Below are positions 63,624 through 64,000 of a DNA stretch of 64,000 nucleotides, piece after piece (within the stretch, counting starts at the first letter, position 1; every line of letters starts with the position of its first letter). Location: the NCBI GenBank assembly GCA_965655095.1, contig CBFHFQ010000029.1:62001-126000 (forward strand), written 5' to 3'. A model generated the notes under the pieces. It saw nothing but the letters and a program-made list of their open reading frames with translations. It made no database searches and was not told where the DNA came from. This stretch comes from Haplodiscus bocki (lineage: Eukaryota). Made by a program: the position numbers and the translations under genes.

Positions 63624-64000
63624 GACGAGAATTCTAAGTTTTTTCTCCAATTTGGTTAAAGGGTCTTGAAAATTTTCAAAAGTTTTGCGTGTTTTTCCGA
63701 GAACAAATGACCGGATCTTTGTGAGAAATCACGAAAATGCAAGATTCCAATCGCAACAAAAACTATACGATTCCAATAAACAGCTAACATTGAGCATCTA
63801 TTGTGAAAAACGTTTCATGGCTGGTAATTTGCTAAAAAATACCGGCGATAAGTGTGAGAAAACGTCATTAACAGAGAACACATTTCATTCGAGGGAATTG
63901 ATTATCGTTGAAGACCTAGAACCATTCATAGTGGTGGCAGAATTTTTGTTTCGGCTAAAAGCGATGTTGCAGAAAATCCTACTGCAACCTGAAAGCAATT

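Noticed and set aside
1-64000. tRNA/rRNA genes and most short ORFs in the track
   Set aside because: No RNA gene structure was recognised; the short ORFs are chance or antisense frames in AT-rich decayed repeats.

Overview
AT-rich eukaryotic (probably invertebrate) genomic DNA with GT-AG introns and two 200-N scaffold gaps, made up mostly of mobile elements. (1) A full-length but decayed Polinton/Maverick endogenous virus at 47919-63623 has a 6-bp TSD GACGAG, ~600-bp TIRs and AATAAT termini. It encodes a protein-primed PolB, rve integrase, major capsid, two tandem penton-like genes, an adenain-like protease, a core-protein-like gene, a membrane-active protein, an HTH protein and Zn-finger proteins. 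(2) Two further, unrelated decayed pPolB genes are present: a VSR-type at 195-4430 and an endonuclease-VII-type at ~16000-18200. (3) A young Ty1/copia element (28311-33558, TSD ACTCC, half-tRNA-Met PBS) sits in the middle of an exon of a host Kelch-repeat gene. (4) Two long solo LTRs (13527-15291 and 25857-27414) share TGTCGCAG...TCACA ends, 5-bp TSDs and a CRE+CCAAT module, and each carries an ORF that starts inside the LTR and runs off its end. (5) A Foldback/MULE-type non-autonomous element with 15-bp subterminal arrays and a 9-bp TSD. All calls are by-eye motif recognition; no searches were run.
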